From: Octopus bimaculoides
Lineage: Eukaryota
Assembly (NCBI RefSeq): GCF_001194135.2
Contig: NC_068999.1
Span: 15,338,351 to 15,370,737, forward strand
DNA: 32,387 bases
Direction of reading: 5' to 3'
Shown here: positions 11,327 to 22,523 of the stretch, piece after piece
Layout of the letters: each line of letters starts with the position of its first letter
Numbering within the stretch: position 1 is the stretch's first letter
The notes under the pieces: generated by a model
Databases searched by the model: none
Told to the model about the DNA's origin: nothing
The model's input: the letters and a program-made list of their open reading frames with translations, nothing else
Translations under genes and position numbers: made by a program

Positions 11327-12178
11327 GTATGTTATTGTAGTTTGCATCTGCTTAGCTCCATGTGATTGGCTCTCTCAGCAGAGAGATCAAAGTTGTTCCA
11401 GCCGTGACTATCCCCGTTTTAATGGCGTGGTATATACGTAGGATTTATTATCTTATATGTTCTAACCATTTCTAAAATGGAAGTGTGCTTTTCTTTAAGA
11501 GACGGAGCTGCAATTTATGTAACAATGGCCTTCGTCTATGTTTTTAATATCATAACTTATTACAACTGTTTTCTTGTTGTATAGATTTCACGCGTAAAGT
11601 GACTGCAACAAACTTTTATTTAGTGTGCGTCAGTTTAATCAATACTATGATAGTATTTGTCATAACGACGCCCAGAAAAAATGGGAGCCAAAACTAACTT
11701 CGGTGAGTGCATTTCTCTAAAAGTACGTATCTAAAATCGGGTGTTTACCGGTTATGACATACAGCAACTCTTGAGTGAGTATAGCAAATTAAATTCCTCT
11801 CATTAGCTGTAGATTATCTTCCTGTCTTCGGAATTACAAAGTTTATGATCGACAATCTCAGCATTAAGAGTTAGAAATTAAAAGATGCAAATAAATATTG
11901 AGAACAATGATAGGCGTTGTACAGATTTTGCCAGTGCATTGCAACTCCATCAGTTATATTGATTTCCGACATGGAAAGAATGTCGTTGAAAATGTGAATA
12001 CGACTTAAGCGACATTTGAACTCAGAAGTAAATGGATGAATCTAATAATAGTTTGCTTTTAGTTAGGTGATCTTTAATATTTTTTGTATTCTTTTTTTTT
12101 TAAATATTATTATAGCTAAAATGTGTTCTCTTTCGTTTTTCTCTGTTCAATGATTTATCACATTCGCCTTGTTTTCAG

Positions 12179-12310
12179 ATTTTGCAGTGAATGTCCAAAA
12201 TCAAATGCGCCGACCTACTACATGCCTGCTAATTAGCGTATGAACCTCGGAAGAGTGTATGTCAAAGTCCAGCCAAGCAGGATTTGCAATGTGACTGTAG
12301 AGGGATGAAA
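12179..12310 (+). other. Candidate exon (non-coding, or 5'UTR ending in ATG-AAA)
   Basis: Long pyrimidine-rich tract ending ttgttttcag at 12178, a GC-richer 132-bp block, then AAA|gtaaat at 12311. All three frames contain stops. Confidence 0.25.
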
Positions 12311-13478
12311 GTAAATAAATGTATGAGATTTAGTCTAACTTTCCACACATTCTGCCAACTTACAGTTCTTTACGTTTATCCAAATAATTACATTCGCAAA
12401 TTTGATGAAATATATCTGAAAGTTATTGAATGCAGTTACTGTCATTATGAGAAAATACCTCTTACATATAATACGAAATGATTACGTGACGTGTGTAATT
12501 ATGTTATGAGAATGTTATAGAACCTAATGCTTCAGCATTAATAAACATCATACTGTCCGCGAGTATCAATAAGCATTTAGTGTTTTTATTGAATATATAA
12601 GAGTTGAGGAGGTAATAAATCTCAAAGAAAAACAAATACCAAGGGAAAATGCTGTTGCTACTTAATGGATACACGTTTTCTTATTTTTAGGATAAGCAAA
12701 AACTTTTATGTGTTAGGTCATACGTTTTAAAGTTTTGTCACGTCTATTCCCCTTTCTCATTAATCAAGTTTTAGTAGTAAACTACACAAGTTGATAAAAT
12801 GCTTGACTGCTTCATCAAGTATTATAGTTACTATATTGTGTCTCTAGAGAAAAAACTAAAGTGCTGACGTAAGTTTCTATGTAGGATTAGACCATTGTTT
12901 GTATATACAATGTTAAGCCCTCATGGAAGTGTAGCGGTTTCAAAGTATACTTAGCAAGATTACAGCTTAAATATAAACGTCCAGTTTAGAGGAATTATAT
13001 ATTAAAAGTAGAAGAAATTTCAGAAGTGAATAGTATAATGCACCATTTCATTCCAATTTTCTCTCAAATCAATCCGGAAATAATTTTAGGATGCATGTTC
13101 CAACATGTAATTAAAAAAAAAAAACTGAATTAAATATCGAGAAAGAAATTTTATACTATTTAAAAAAAAATAGAAAGGTAGAACGCTTCTGGAATTTTCA
13201 GACTGAAGTAAGTGTCATTTGTGAGTTAACCACAAGGAGTAGGCATACACATCCGCATTGTTATCCGAGAGCACTTCACAGAACATTGTGGGATCTCACT
13301 ATGAATCGAATCTTACGGAAAGAAACTTTTCCTTTCGTACCACAGAGATCGATAACATAAAATACTAGTGAAATATTTCGGAAGTCGATAATATTGACTA
13401 GTACAATGTTGCATTGTGCCTTAATTAGAAGCCATCATCATCATCATCATCGTATCCGTTTTTGTTGTTTTGTTGTTA

Positions 13479-13682
13479 AGAGGTGAGTTGGCAAAATCTT
13501 TAGCGCACCGGACAAAATACTTAGCGGTATTTCATCAGTCTTTAGTTTCTGAGTTCCAGTTTTGCAGAGATTGATTTTACTCGGCCTTACGGGGTTGATG
13601 AAATAAAGTACCGGTGGACCACAGGGATTGGTGCACTTCACTAGTCCTCTGTCCCGAAACTTCATGATTTTCCCTATAGTAC
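13479..13682 (+). mobile_element. SINE family B copy, diverged
   Basis: aggtgagttggcaaaatctttagcgcaccggacaaaatacttagcggtatttc...tctgagttc...ggggttgatgaaataaagtacc. Confidence 0.7.
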
Positions 13683-13800
13683 AATGGTTTACTATTATCT
13701 ATGTTGTTGTTGTTTTTGGCGGTGTCGTATTTGGTAGTAATGTCGTTGTCGATGTTATAATTATTTATCACAAAACAGCATGTGATAAATCATATGGCTG

Positions 13801-13895
13801 TTTATGTTTTCAGTTCAAAACGCGTCAAGTGTATCATTTGATTTTCATGTTTTCGATGTCGATGAAATAAAGTACCTGTCAAATACTGGACCCTA
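13801..13895 (+). mobile_element. SINE family B fragment
   Basis: tttatgttttcagttcaaa...ttttcat...gtcgatgaaataaagtacctgtcaaatactgg core remnant. Confidence 0.5.
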
Positions 13896-15035
13896 TACAA
13901 TCAGAAAACTGCTTCCTTGAATGCTAGCATATGGAGAGATGTGATAGCCATAGGTTTGATCATAATTTCCAATTGTCGTGTTTTCAGTAGTCGCATTTTC
14001 ACGGCTATTAGTTATACTCATCTCTAAGTCAGACAAGATTCGAAGCTGAAGTTGATTCCAAAGCTTCCCGCCATTCCCTTGACCACATATGTTAATTTAT
14101 TGACACTATACGCAACCAACTGCGATTGAAGTCTGAGAAGGAGCCGAGAAAACAGATCTCTTCCGGCATCTAGAGGTCTCTAGGAACATCACTTTCTTCT
14201 GAGCTAGTGGTTGATTAAAATGTAATCGCAAATGCACGATGGGACTGTGCTGTATTTAACTGAATGCAAATAGTACATACAAGCTTAACACATTTCTCAT
14301 GGGTTTCCAACTGTGCGAATGGTATCGACTACATATCCAGTATCTAAAAATGCGGACATGGACAAGCGCATAGAGTCGTCCAGATTGTATGTATATATAC
14401 TCAATTAGATAGGGATAGTTTAGAATGTCCTCAATCCAAAGTGGTCGTTTACACAGATAGGTACATTGTGGTTTTACGGTCAAACTGGACAGGATTCATT
14501 GTCAGGAACTCGGTTCCGGGAAGTAGAGAGCATCGCACCCGGTTGACAAGTTTACAGTTTCCGGACTAGCAATTTAGTTAAGCGGGATTCAACAGGAGTA
14601 GTGCTCAATAACTGAAAGTGGTTTGCTTTCAAACGGAGTAGAGATCTAGTTAGAAGCTTGAGAACAAGGGGTTTAGTAAAGGTACCTGAGCGGACGTCCT
14701 TGAGAAGAAATACTTCAAAGTAAAGCAGGAAGGCTGAAGTTCATGTTGTAAAACTAGACGTAACTAAATATGTTTGATTGACGCGAGTAGCGGACGTGTA
14801 AAGCGGAAACAGAGTCACGATTCGGTTTTTGGTTAACCATGTTGGGCACGTGCCAATCGATCACAGTCGTTGTATGCAACTATTCAGTGGTACATTGCGC
14901 AACTGTTCGGGAAGGATTTTGGGCCATATCATTGGATGGACTTCAATCCGTATCACATGGTTCAACCGCTGTAGATTTCTTTACAAACCGATTACAAAGA
15001 TGGAAATACGGGAACCGATTGCTAACTGCACGGCA

Positions 15036-15089
15036 GTGGTGGTGGTGGTTGTGGTTTTGGTGGTGGTGGTAGTGGTGGTGGTGGTGGTG
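15036..15089. repeat. (GGT)n trinucleotide repeat
   Basis: Read directly; produces the poly-V, poly-W and poly-T stretches in the ORF track. Confidence 0.95.
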
Positions 15090-15200
15090 AGGGGGCAATC
15101 ACCAGTTTTGAGTTCTAAACTACGAGCATAACTTTCACATGCTAGACCGTTTTTAACTCTTCGCAGATATCTACTGCCACCTGCGGCAGAACAGGGGTAT

Positions 15201-15270
15201 ACCCAGGTCAATGAACCCAGGTCAATGAAACCAGGTCAATGAACCCAGGTGAATGAACCAAGGTGTTGAC
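15201..15270. repeat. Five-copy 14-bp tandem repeat (acccaggtcaatga)
   Basis: Units start at 15201, 15215, 15229, 15243 and 15257, degenerating toward the 3' end. Confidence 0.92.
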
Positions 15271-16566
15271 TCACCAGTGAGTTGGGACAGAGAGATTGAT
15301 CCATAACGTTCAACAGTCATATACACTGGACAGTTGGGACTGCTAAATTTTTCAAGATTTGGTGCAGTCCTGATCTTCAGATAGTCAAGGAGAGAATTCT
15401 TAATCCTCCAGAATCTTGATCTATAGAAATCTGCTGAATAACTGATGAACGCCTTCATCATCTACGTCACCAGTTACTGCCTAACTTTTTGCACCATTTA
15501 AAGACCTATCACTGATAATGCGCACTACATTTAAGATATTAGGTTCTTTTTACTTACATACTAAATAGTAACAGCCTATATTACTTTTAGGATGATGTGT
15601 GCCATACGTTCTTAGCTCTTCTATCTTCGTGTCTGACCACTATAGATAGGAACAAAATAATTGAATACTAGCTTAGCCCACCTCCAAAACAAGATCCGGT
15701 CCTCATAGCAGTGTGATGGTTTGTATCATTCATTGAACGTGAGAGCTACACCAGCAGAGCGTAAGATTATCCTTAGACCTTGCATGCTGGACTGCTCAAA
15801 GAATAGTGGTCAGATTAATGATGTCTTCTTCCTAGATGTAAAAATGTGTGTGTAGGGTATACCAGGAAAATAGTTACGGAAACTTTTATGACAACTCAAA
15901 ACAAACAAGACGTTGCATATAAAACAGAAAGGAGGTATCTGAGAGAACTCGCCGATAGTCTACACTCCATTGGAAGAGAAGGGCATAGAGAAGGAAAATC
16001 ATGGTTCATGTGTTGATTACATTGATGCTATTAACACCAGTTTGTTTCATGCACCCTACTAACCATTCTGAAGGACTCTTAGAATATTTCCTCCTTTTCA
16101 CTCTTTTTCAGCTTATCTTTCAGCTCTCCTACCTAGTAAATATTAGAAAATATGTCGATTGTAGAGACAGTAAAGACGCATATAAAATGCATCGTGGAGG
16201 TTGTATATGTCAACTTATTTTCTTAGTTCAAATCTCAAAATCAGTTTTCATTTCCTACGCTTTGGGATCAGTGATGCATATGGAAGGCAAACGTCGGGAA
16301 CAATTTTTTCCCTCTAAATTTTAATAGGCATTGCATATGAAGACACGGTATTCTAACATCATTTCCTGCCGGGTTAAAAATTGTTAGAAAATCAACTGAT
16401 AACACAGGTTTGAAACGTGATGAAATTATACAGCTGAGCAGAATTAATTCATTCATGAGTGATAAGTGATCATGGTTGCTGTGTGTTTAAACATGCCATA
16501 CATGCGAGCACAGAAACCGATTAAAGCAACAAATAGAATCTTTTATTCTTGATAACAAATTCTTAG

Positions 16567-16631
16567 TAACGCATTCTTTTTCCCTTTTATATCAATAATA
16601 GAATTGATATGAAAGGGAATAGAATGCGTTA
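16567..16631. other. 65-nt near-perfect inverted repeat (hairpin)
   Basis: taacgcattct pairs with agaatgcgtta, and ttcccttttatatcaat pairs with attgatatgaaagggaa (one G:U); one mismatch, one bulge, 6-nt loop. Confidence 0.9.
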
Positions 16632-17828
16632 TCACATTTAGAAAGACTGCTGATTTTGCCAACATTCTATTAATATGTTTGCTTAGACAGCTGAAGATAA
16701 GATTAGCATACTAGATTATCAATGCTTTATAGAACTCTCCACTTTAATCTAAGTGTCAGCAAGAGCGCAAAATATGGCACTCAAAGCATTATACACAATC
16801 TCTATCCTTTCTGATCATCAAATAGCAGCAGAAAATCAATGTAGCGATTGCTATCATTTCAAATTCACCAGCGAAATTCTGTATTTTATACTCTCTATAT
16901 AAAGTGGTTTAAATGATTTAGATTCCAAATTCTATCTGAGACACAATTCATATATTCACATAACACAAAAGTTTTGCTAAGGTAAATGTTCCCCGAAGAA
17001 ATTCTTTTAAGATTAATATTCCCATGGTCTTAAATATATTAAATATCGTTAGAATAATGAAAGGTATATTATAACTTAGATAAACAAAGTGTAATTTATT
17101 TCAAAGACACCCAATTTATGGAGACACGTTCGCTGATTCTATTGAGTTACACAACATTTCCGATGTGGCTGTCACATGCTCCGAGAAATATTTGATTAAC
17201 CAATGAATAAAAAAATATATAGTACAAGTACATTGTGCAACGAAAATATGTTGAAAATTAATTCTTGAAAACGAAAATCTATTACCATAAAGCAGTATTA
17301 AAGATTAAATTTTCTACTGACATAACTGAAAATTAGGCTGGTGTTGGATACAGTTCATCTCACGTAATACAATTTATACATTCTCGAAACATAAGAAATA
17401 CAGATACAACACACTGAACACACACACACGCAGAACATACACACACTAAACACACATACACTTACACACACACTTACGCGTGACGTAGGATAGCGTTTTA
17501 ATTAAAAGATCATATGTTTAAGGACGTCTAAGCTGCAATCAGTAGAATTATGAAAAGTGCAGATTATTAAAAAAATTTTTTGGAAACGAAATATGAATCA
17601 GCGGTTCAATTTGAAGGCTAAAAAATTAACGCTTTGCCAGAATCGAGAAAAATAATATTAAATAGTAACAAGTGGAGGTTAGAAGAATTAGACTCTGCTA
17701 ATTAAAAGATCACGTCAATCATCCTTACAATTCCCCTGCAAATTTAACAGGATTTCTCTTCATCAGAAATATATTTAAGGTAACACGCTGATGTACAGGA
17801 TTCACCAGAATATTAATTTCAAATTTTA

Positions 17829-18010
17829 GCATAAGGCCAGCAAGTTCAAAAGAAGTTGTAAGTGGATTACATCGACGCCAATGACCAACTGTTACTTTTA
17901 TCGTTCCCTAAATGACGAAAGACAAAGTCGACCTTGGTGAAGTTGAAACACGGAACGTAAAGACGGGCGAAATGCCGCTAAGCATTTTACCAATTCTGCC
18001 AACTCGCTGC
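17829..18010 (-). mobile_element. SINE family B copy
   Basis: aaggccagcaa...gattacatcgac...aaagacaaagtcgaccttggtg...gaacgtaaagacgg...gccgctaagcatttt...ttctgccaactcgctgcc. Confidence 0.8.
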
Positions 18011-18040
18011 CATAAGATTTACCAAAAGATCGGTTTCAAA

Positions 18041-18228
18041 TTTTGGCACAAGGCCAGCAATTTCAGGGAATTGGGTAAATACCTAGACCCTTGTGTTCAA
18101 CTGGTACATACTTTATCGACACCGAAAGGATGACTGGCAATGTCGACCTAGGACGAATTTGAACTCAGGTCTTGAAGACTGATAAGGTGTCGCTAAGCAT
18201 TTTGCCCAGCGTGCCAAATATTCAGCAA
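18041..18228 (-). mobile_element. SINE family B copy
   Basis: tttggcacaaggccagcaatttc...caactggtacatactttatcgacaccgaaaggatga...gtcgaccta...aatttgaactcag...gctaagcattttgcccagcgtgc. Confidence 0.8.
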
Positions 18229-18424
18229 GATCATTTCATTTGAATTGGATAAAATGTTAATAGCAAATATACTTGACATCTATTTTGTTTGAACCATTTT
18301 ACCTTGATATCGATATGCATAGTTCCAAAGGACAATAATACAACATCTAACGCTGGCATACAATTATCGGTAACAAGAAGTAACTTAGAGACGATATTTC
18401 TTCCTTAAAGTAATACATTAAACA

Positions 18425-19085
18425 GCAGTACGGTTGGATATTCCATAGATCGCTGTTATTCTCCAAACATTCTTTCTGTGTATACTATTAAAGGCCTTCT
18501 TGACATCGATGAAGCTGATGTACTCTTTTCAGTGATTTTCCTACGGGTCGCAATCTGCTCAATACATAACCTTACTTTTCAAAAACCAGCCTTCTCTTCA
18601 CAGAGTTTTGTGTCTAGTGTATCACATAACCTATCTAGACTGAACAGAACATCTTCCCAGTGATTCATAGTAGCGTGGTTCCTCTCTAGTTGTTACAGTA
18701 GCTAAGGCAGCCTTTCTTTGGTATCTTGACAACCACCCCTATCCGACAAATATGATTCCAAGACCATGTTGAAGAGGTAGACAAGCTGTTGCTTGAGTTC
18801 CCGATTTCCCTGATTCAGTAGTTCTGGTGATTTATGATCTATTCCCGGTGTCTTGCCATTCTTGGATGTTCTTTTAATTGCTCGAAGTAATTATGCTTCT
18901 GTTGCCTTTCCAGTCTATATCTCGACGATCCAAAGTATTTTGGGTTTGTTTGTGAATGACCGATTGTAGTTGTGGTTGGTTTAGTATTTCCTTGAAGTGA
19001 GATTTTGTAAATCCCTCAAAAGCTTATCAACACTTTCAAGAGCCTGTACAGGGGTTCATGTTGTTGCATCACAACTGGCAGTGAC
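18425..19085 (-). mobile_element. Degenerate non-LTR retrotransposon (RTE-type LINE) fragment, RT N-terminal region
   Basis: Minus strand, with stops and frameshifts: KNGKTPGID..PELL, VVKIPKKGCLSYCNN*RGTTLL (~18710-18727), EEKAGF, IEQI, FIDVKKAFNSIHR (~18490-18513), IYGI. These match the LINE RT motifs K.PG.D, I.KKG...C.NWRGI.LL and F.D..KAFD. Confidence 0.88.
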
Positions 19086-20544
19086 TAATCGTTAATATTG
19101 ACAATACTGATATTATATTACGTCTTATACATTTTTATTGAATTGGAACATTTGCCTTAACTTATATACTATAGTTAATATAAATATTACAAATAAACAT
19201 CAAATAGATATCGAATGCGATAAAAAAATGTGTCCCTGCATAATATGATAATGAACAATACGAAATGAATTGTGTGATGAAAAATGAATTCAGACAGTTT
19301 CATGTAGAGCATTCTTGAGGATCGCTAATTCTGCGTTTTCTGTTGATGATGAAGTCACTTCAGTGGTAGTTGATGTATCGTCTGTCGTATCTTCTGATGA
19401 TGGTTCAATTTCAACTTTTACATCGATATAAACACCCAGATATTATAAAATATTAAACAGATGCTGAACATGTGGGAGATAAGTCGTTTCCTTACTCGCT
19501 TTAAGGACAATATTACAATGGATTTCTTTTCAGACGTGTTTTAAAGTAAATCCACAGTATGAATACCTAAGCATTTTAAATCTATATTAGGTGTTGTAAT
19601 ACGTAAGACAGAAGAAACAGAATAATGCGTATATAATCATGTCTTTAACACACACGCGCACTGTTACACACACACATAAGTACACACACATATAAAGCAT
19701 TTAGCTTAGAGTTTTTAACGCCAGGTCTGTGGAAAGGGAAGGCATCTCCTTGTTTTACCCATTGCACACACAAAATTAAGATTATCTTGACATGTTTCAT
19801 AGTTAGTTGACCGCTGGTCAAATGATAAACACCATTTAACCTTCTCCATTCGAAAACAATTTGATTGTGATCGATATTTAAATCAGTAACTAATCAGAAA
19901 CTAACCGAAATAGCTACAATATTTTGAATATCGTGCTTTAGACAGCACCATGAATAAATTTTCCATAAATATTTCATACGCAAACAGCATGTATTACATG
20001 TATATGATGAAGTTGCACTGAAATGCCAATGGTGTGTGCAGTAAGCAAATGTGAATGGTTCAACTTATTCTCCTCGAACTCTTGAAATTAGAATACCTTG
20101 AAGGGAACTGATAACAGCAAAGAGAAAACTGCTTCCAAGTTTATCAAAGTCCTACAGGTATACCACAAGATTTGGCAACACAACTAAACAACATAACCTA
20201 ATACAGTTCCTGTTTTTCGAATGCAGTTTTATATAGAGTAAGTATGTCTCCAGCGGATCAAGCTGATTGAAACATGAGACTGATAGAACAAAAATTAATA
20301 TCAAACAGAAATAGAGCTAGTTCCTGCATAGAGGATAACCGATTGTCGTGCAGCAAGCAACTATTTGTAATCGGTATAGGAAGCGGGCATAATATCTATC
20401 ACTATTTCAAGCACATATAAACTAGCACACATTACTTTGACATACGTACTGTGAAGACTCCGTCCATATCAACAACGTCATATATTTACAGGTTGTTACT
20501 GTTCTAAAGGCATCTAGTTTGTTGCAATAGTTCTGTTCATAAAA

Positions 20545-20933
20545 GCGGCGAGCTGGCAGAAACGTTAGCACCTCGGGCGAAACACGTAGCGGCATTTCGT
20601 CTGCTGTTACGTTCTGAGTTCAAATTCCACCCATGTCGACTTTGCTTTTCATCCTTTCGGCTTCAATAAATTAAGTACCAGTTATGCACTAGAGTCAATG
20701 CAATCGACTTAATCCCTTTGTCTGTCATTGTTTGTCCCCTCTATGCTTAGCCCCTTGTGGGCAATAAAGAAACAAGAAACGTTAGCACGCAGAGCGAAAT
20801 ACTTAGTTGTATTTCGTGTGTCTTTACGATAGTGGTTGATAAATTAAGTACCAGTAGCGTACTGGGGTCGATCTAATTAACTGCCCCCCTCCCAAAAATT
20901 TTCGGACTTTTGGCTTAGAGTAGAAAATAATAT
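20545..20933 (+). mobile_element. Two head-to-tail SINE family B copies (the second internally deleted)
   Basis: gcggcgagctggcagaaacgttagcac...ttacgttctgagttcaaattcc...gtcgactttgcttttcatcc...aaattaagtaccagt. A second head (agaaacgttagcacg) starts at ~20775 and ends in a cttagagtagaaaat tail. Confidence 0.88.
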
Positions 20934-20947
20934 TTCTGTCCATAAAA

Positions 20948-21140
20948 GCGGCGAGCTGGAAGAAACGATAGCAGGCCGGGCGAAATGCTTAATGGTAATT
21001 CATCTGACTTTACGTTCTGAGTTCAAATTCCGCCGAGGTTGACTTTGCTTTTCATCCTTTTGGGGTCGATAAATCAAGTATCAGTTGCGTGCTGGTATCG
21101 ATCTAATCGACAGCCCCCCTCCTTCTACCTAGAAATCAAT
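20948..21140 (+). mobile_element. SINE family B copy, well preserved
   Basis: Full head with a B-box-like gagttcaaattcc and the core ggttgactttgcttttcatccttttggggtcgataaatcaagtatcag. Confidence 0.9.
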
Positions 21141-21154
21141 AATATTATCCTTTA

Positions 21155-21330
21155 AGACAGCTAGGTGACAGAATGGTTAGACAAAAATGCTTAGAAGCTT
21201 TTCGCCCGTTTTTATTTTCTGTGAACAAATTCCGCCGTTGTTGATTGTCCTCGAAAACTAAATACCAATTATGAACTGTGGTTGATGTAATCGAGTTGCA
21301 ACCTTCCCCACAATTGCTAGCTTTTTGATA
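21155..21330 (+). mobile_element. SINE family B copy, old
   Basis: gacagaatggttagac...aaaatgcttag...caaattccgccg...aataccaatt...ggttgatgtaatcga remnants. Confidence 0.55.
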
Positions 21331-21364
21331 ATTTTTTTGAAACCTGGAGTATAATCCTTTCAGC

Positions 21365-21495
21365 TATAGTCACAAAGCACAACATTTTGAGGGAGGAAGC
21401 TAGCCGAATACAATGAACCCAGTGCTCATCTGGTACTGATTTCATCGGCCTAGAAAGGATGAAGAAGAATGTCGACATCAGAGGCATTGGAAAAC
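21365..21495 (-). mobile_element. SINE family B fragment
   Basis: cacaaag...cccagtgctcatctggtactgatttcatcggcctagaaaggatgaa...gtcgac. Confidence 0.6.
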
Positions 21496-22463
21496 AGCTG
21501 AAGAAACGATGCTGTATATTTTGTCAAGTTTACTAATGAGTCTTCGAATTCGGTGCCTCTGTCGTTACAATATAATGAAACATACAATGAATATCAATTT
21601 CTCGCAAAAAGCACAAATTGCCTATTCAAGGTGATGGCCTCATAAATTACATTTATGAATTTAGAAATAGTTTACAAGTTTAATCCAATTTTATTGCCTC
21701 TGTATTCAGTATCGCCAAATCAAGGCAGGAATGTTTGCCTGTCTCGAATACTTAGCAAACTAATTTATAATTTACATACACATATTCAGCGGAAATACAT
21801 TTTCTATCAGTGTTAGTGTATTTAAGTGTATTATATAAATGGCTGAATGTATTGCATTGTAGATGGAACATTAAATTGAGTTTCTTTCGATCGAATGTTA
21901 ATAGAAAGAAACAACAGTAAATGTTTTTCCTCTCCACATCACAAATTTCATGTGGATACATATTCAACAACCTCAAAACACTTAGCAAAAACTGTTTCTG
22001 ATAAAATCAAGGGATTTAACTATAACAGAATTCTGCTTTCTAAATAAATTAGAACTATCGGTTCACAATCAAGCGTCATGTATTTGCGTCCTAATCATAC
22101 TATTAATTCTAAAGCATTTCCTATTTGTATCGATTTAAATATTCAATACACTGATTCTATCTTAATGTTAGATACATTTTCTATGAGTGTGTGATGTTGT
22201 TTAATGTGTTATTTCTTATAACTCTGCTGCGTCGGTTGCGGAGATATATGTCTGTTATTTGAAAGAAATGTTCCTATCTTTCAGAATTTATTTTGTATAT
22301 AACGAATGTTAAATGTCAATAAGGATGGTGAAGTGTGAACATTTTATTTGATTATCTTCTTTAGAACATGTTCGTTAGTTTTATAAGGAAAATTCATTTA
22401 TTTTTTTTTGCAGTTAAACGTGTGTGTATTATCTGATGTGTGTATCATTTAGAGTAAAAGCAC

Positions 22464-22523
22464 TATTTATTTATTTATTTATTTATTTATTTATTATTTA
22501 GTCGTTTATTTATTTATTTATTT
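22464..22523. repeat. (TATT)n microsatellite
   Basis: Read directly from the sequence. Confidence 0.9.

Noticed and set aside
15201-15270. Short regularly spaced repeats considered as a CRISPR-like array
   Set aside because: Contiguous tandem units with no unique spacers, in eukaryotic context with no cas genes.
15222-15461. 79-aa minus-strand ORF with FSSPNCPVYMTV, similar to a PLE linker (CPVYL.LP)
   Set aside because: A single short motif with no downstream GIY-YIG; not distinguishable from chance.
15840-16000. GIPGK/IVTE resembling an integrase GIP..IV.DNG motif
   Set aside because: Needs a frameshift and lacks the catalytic D and the NG..ER motif.
20030-20500. GC-richer stretch with GIPQDLAT, a possible decayed LINE
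   Set aside because: No ordered series of RT motifs could be found.
20545-20640. tRNA-like A/B-box heads considered as tRNA genes
   Set aside because: No complete cloverleaf or anticodon arm; each continues into SINE core sequence.
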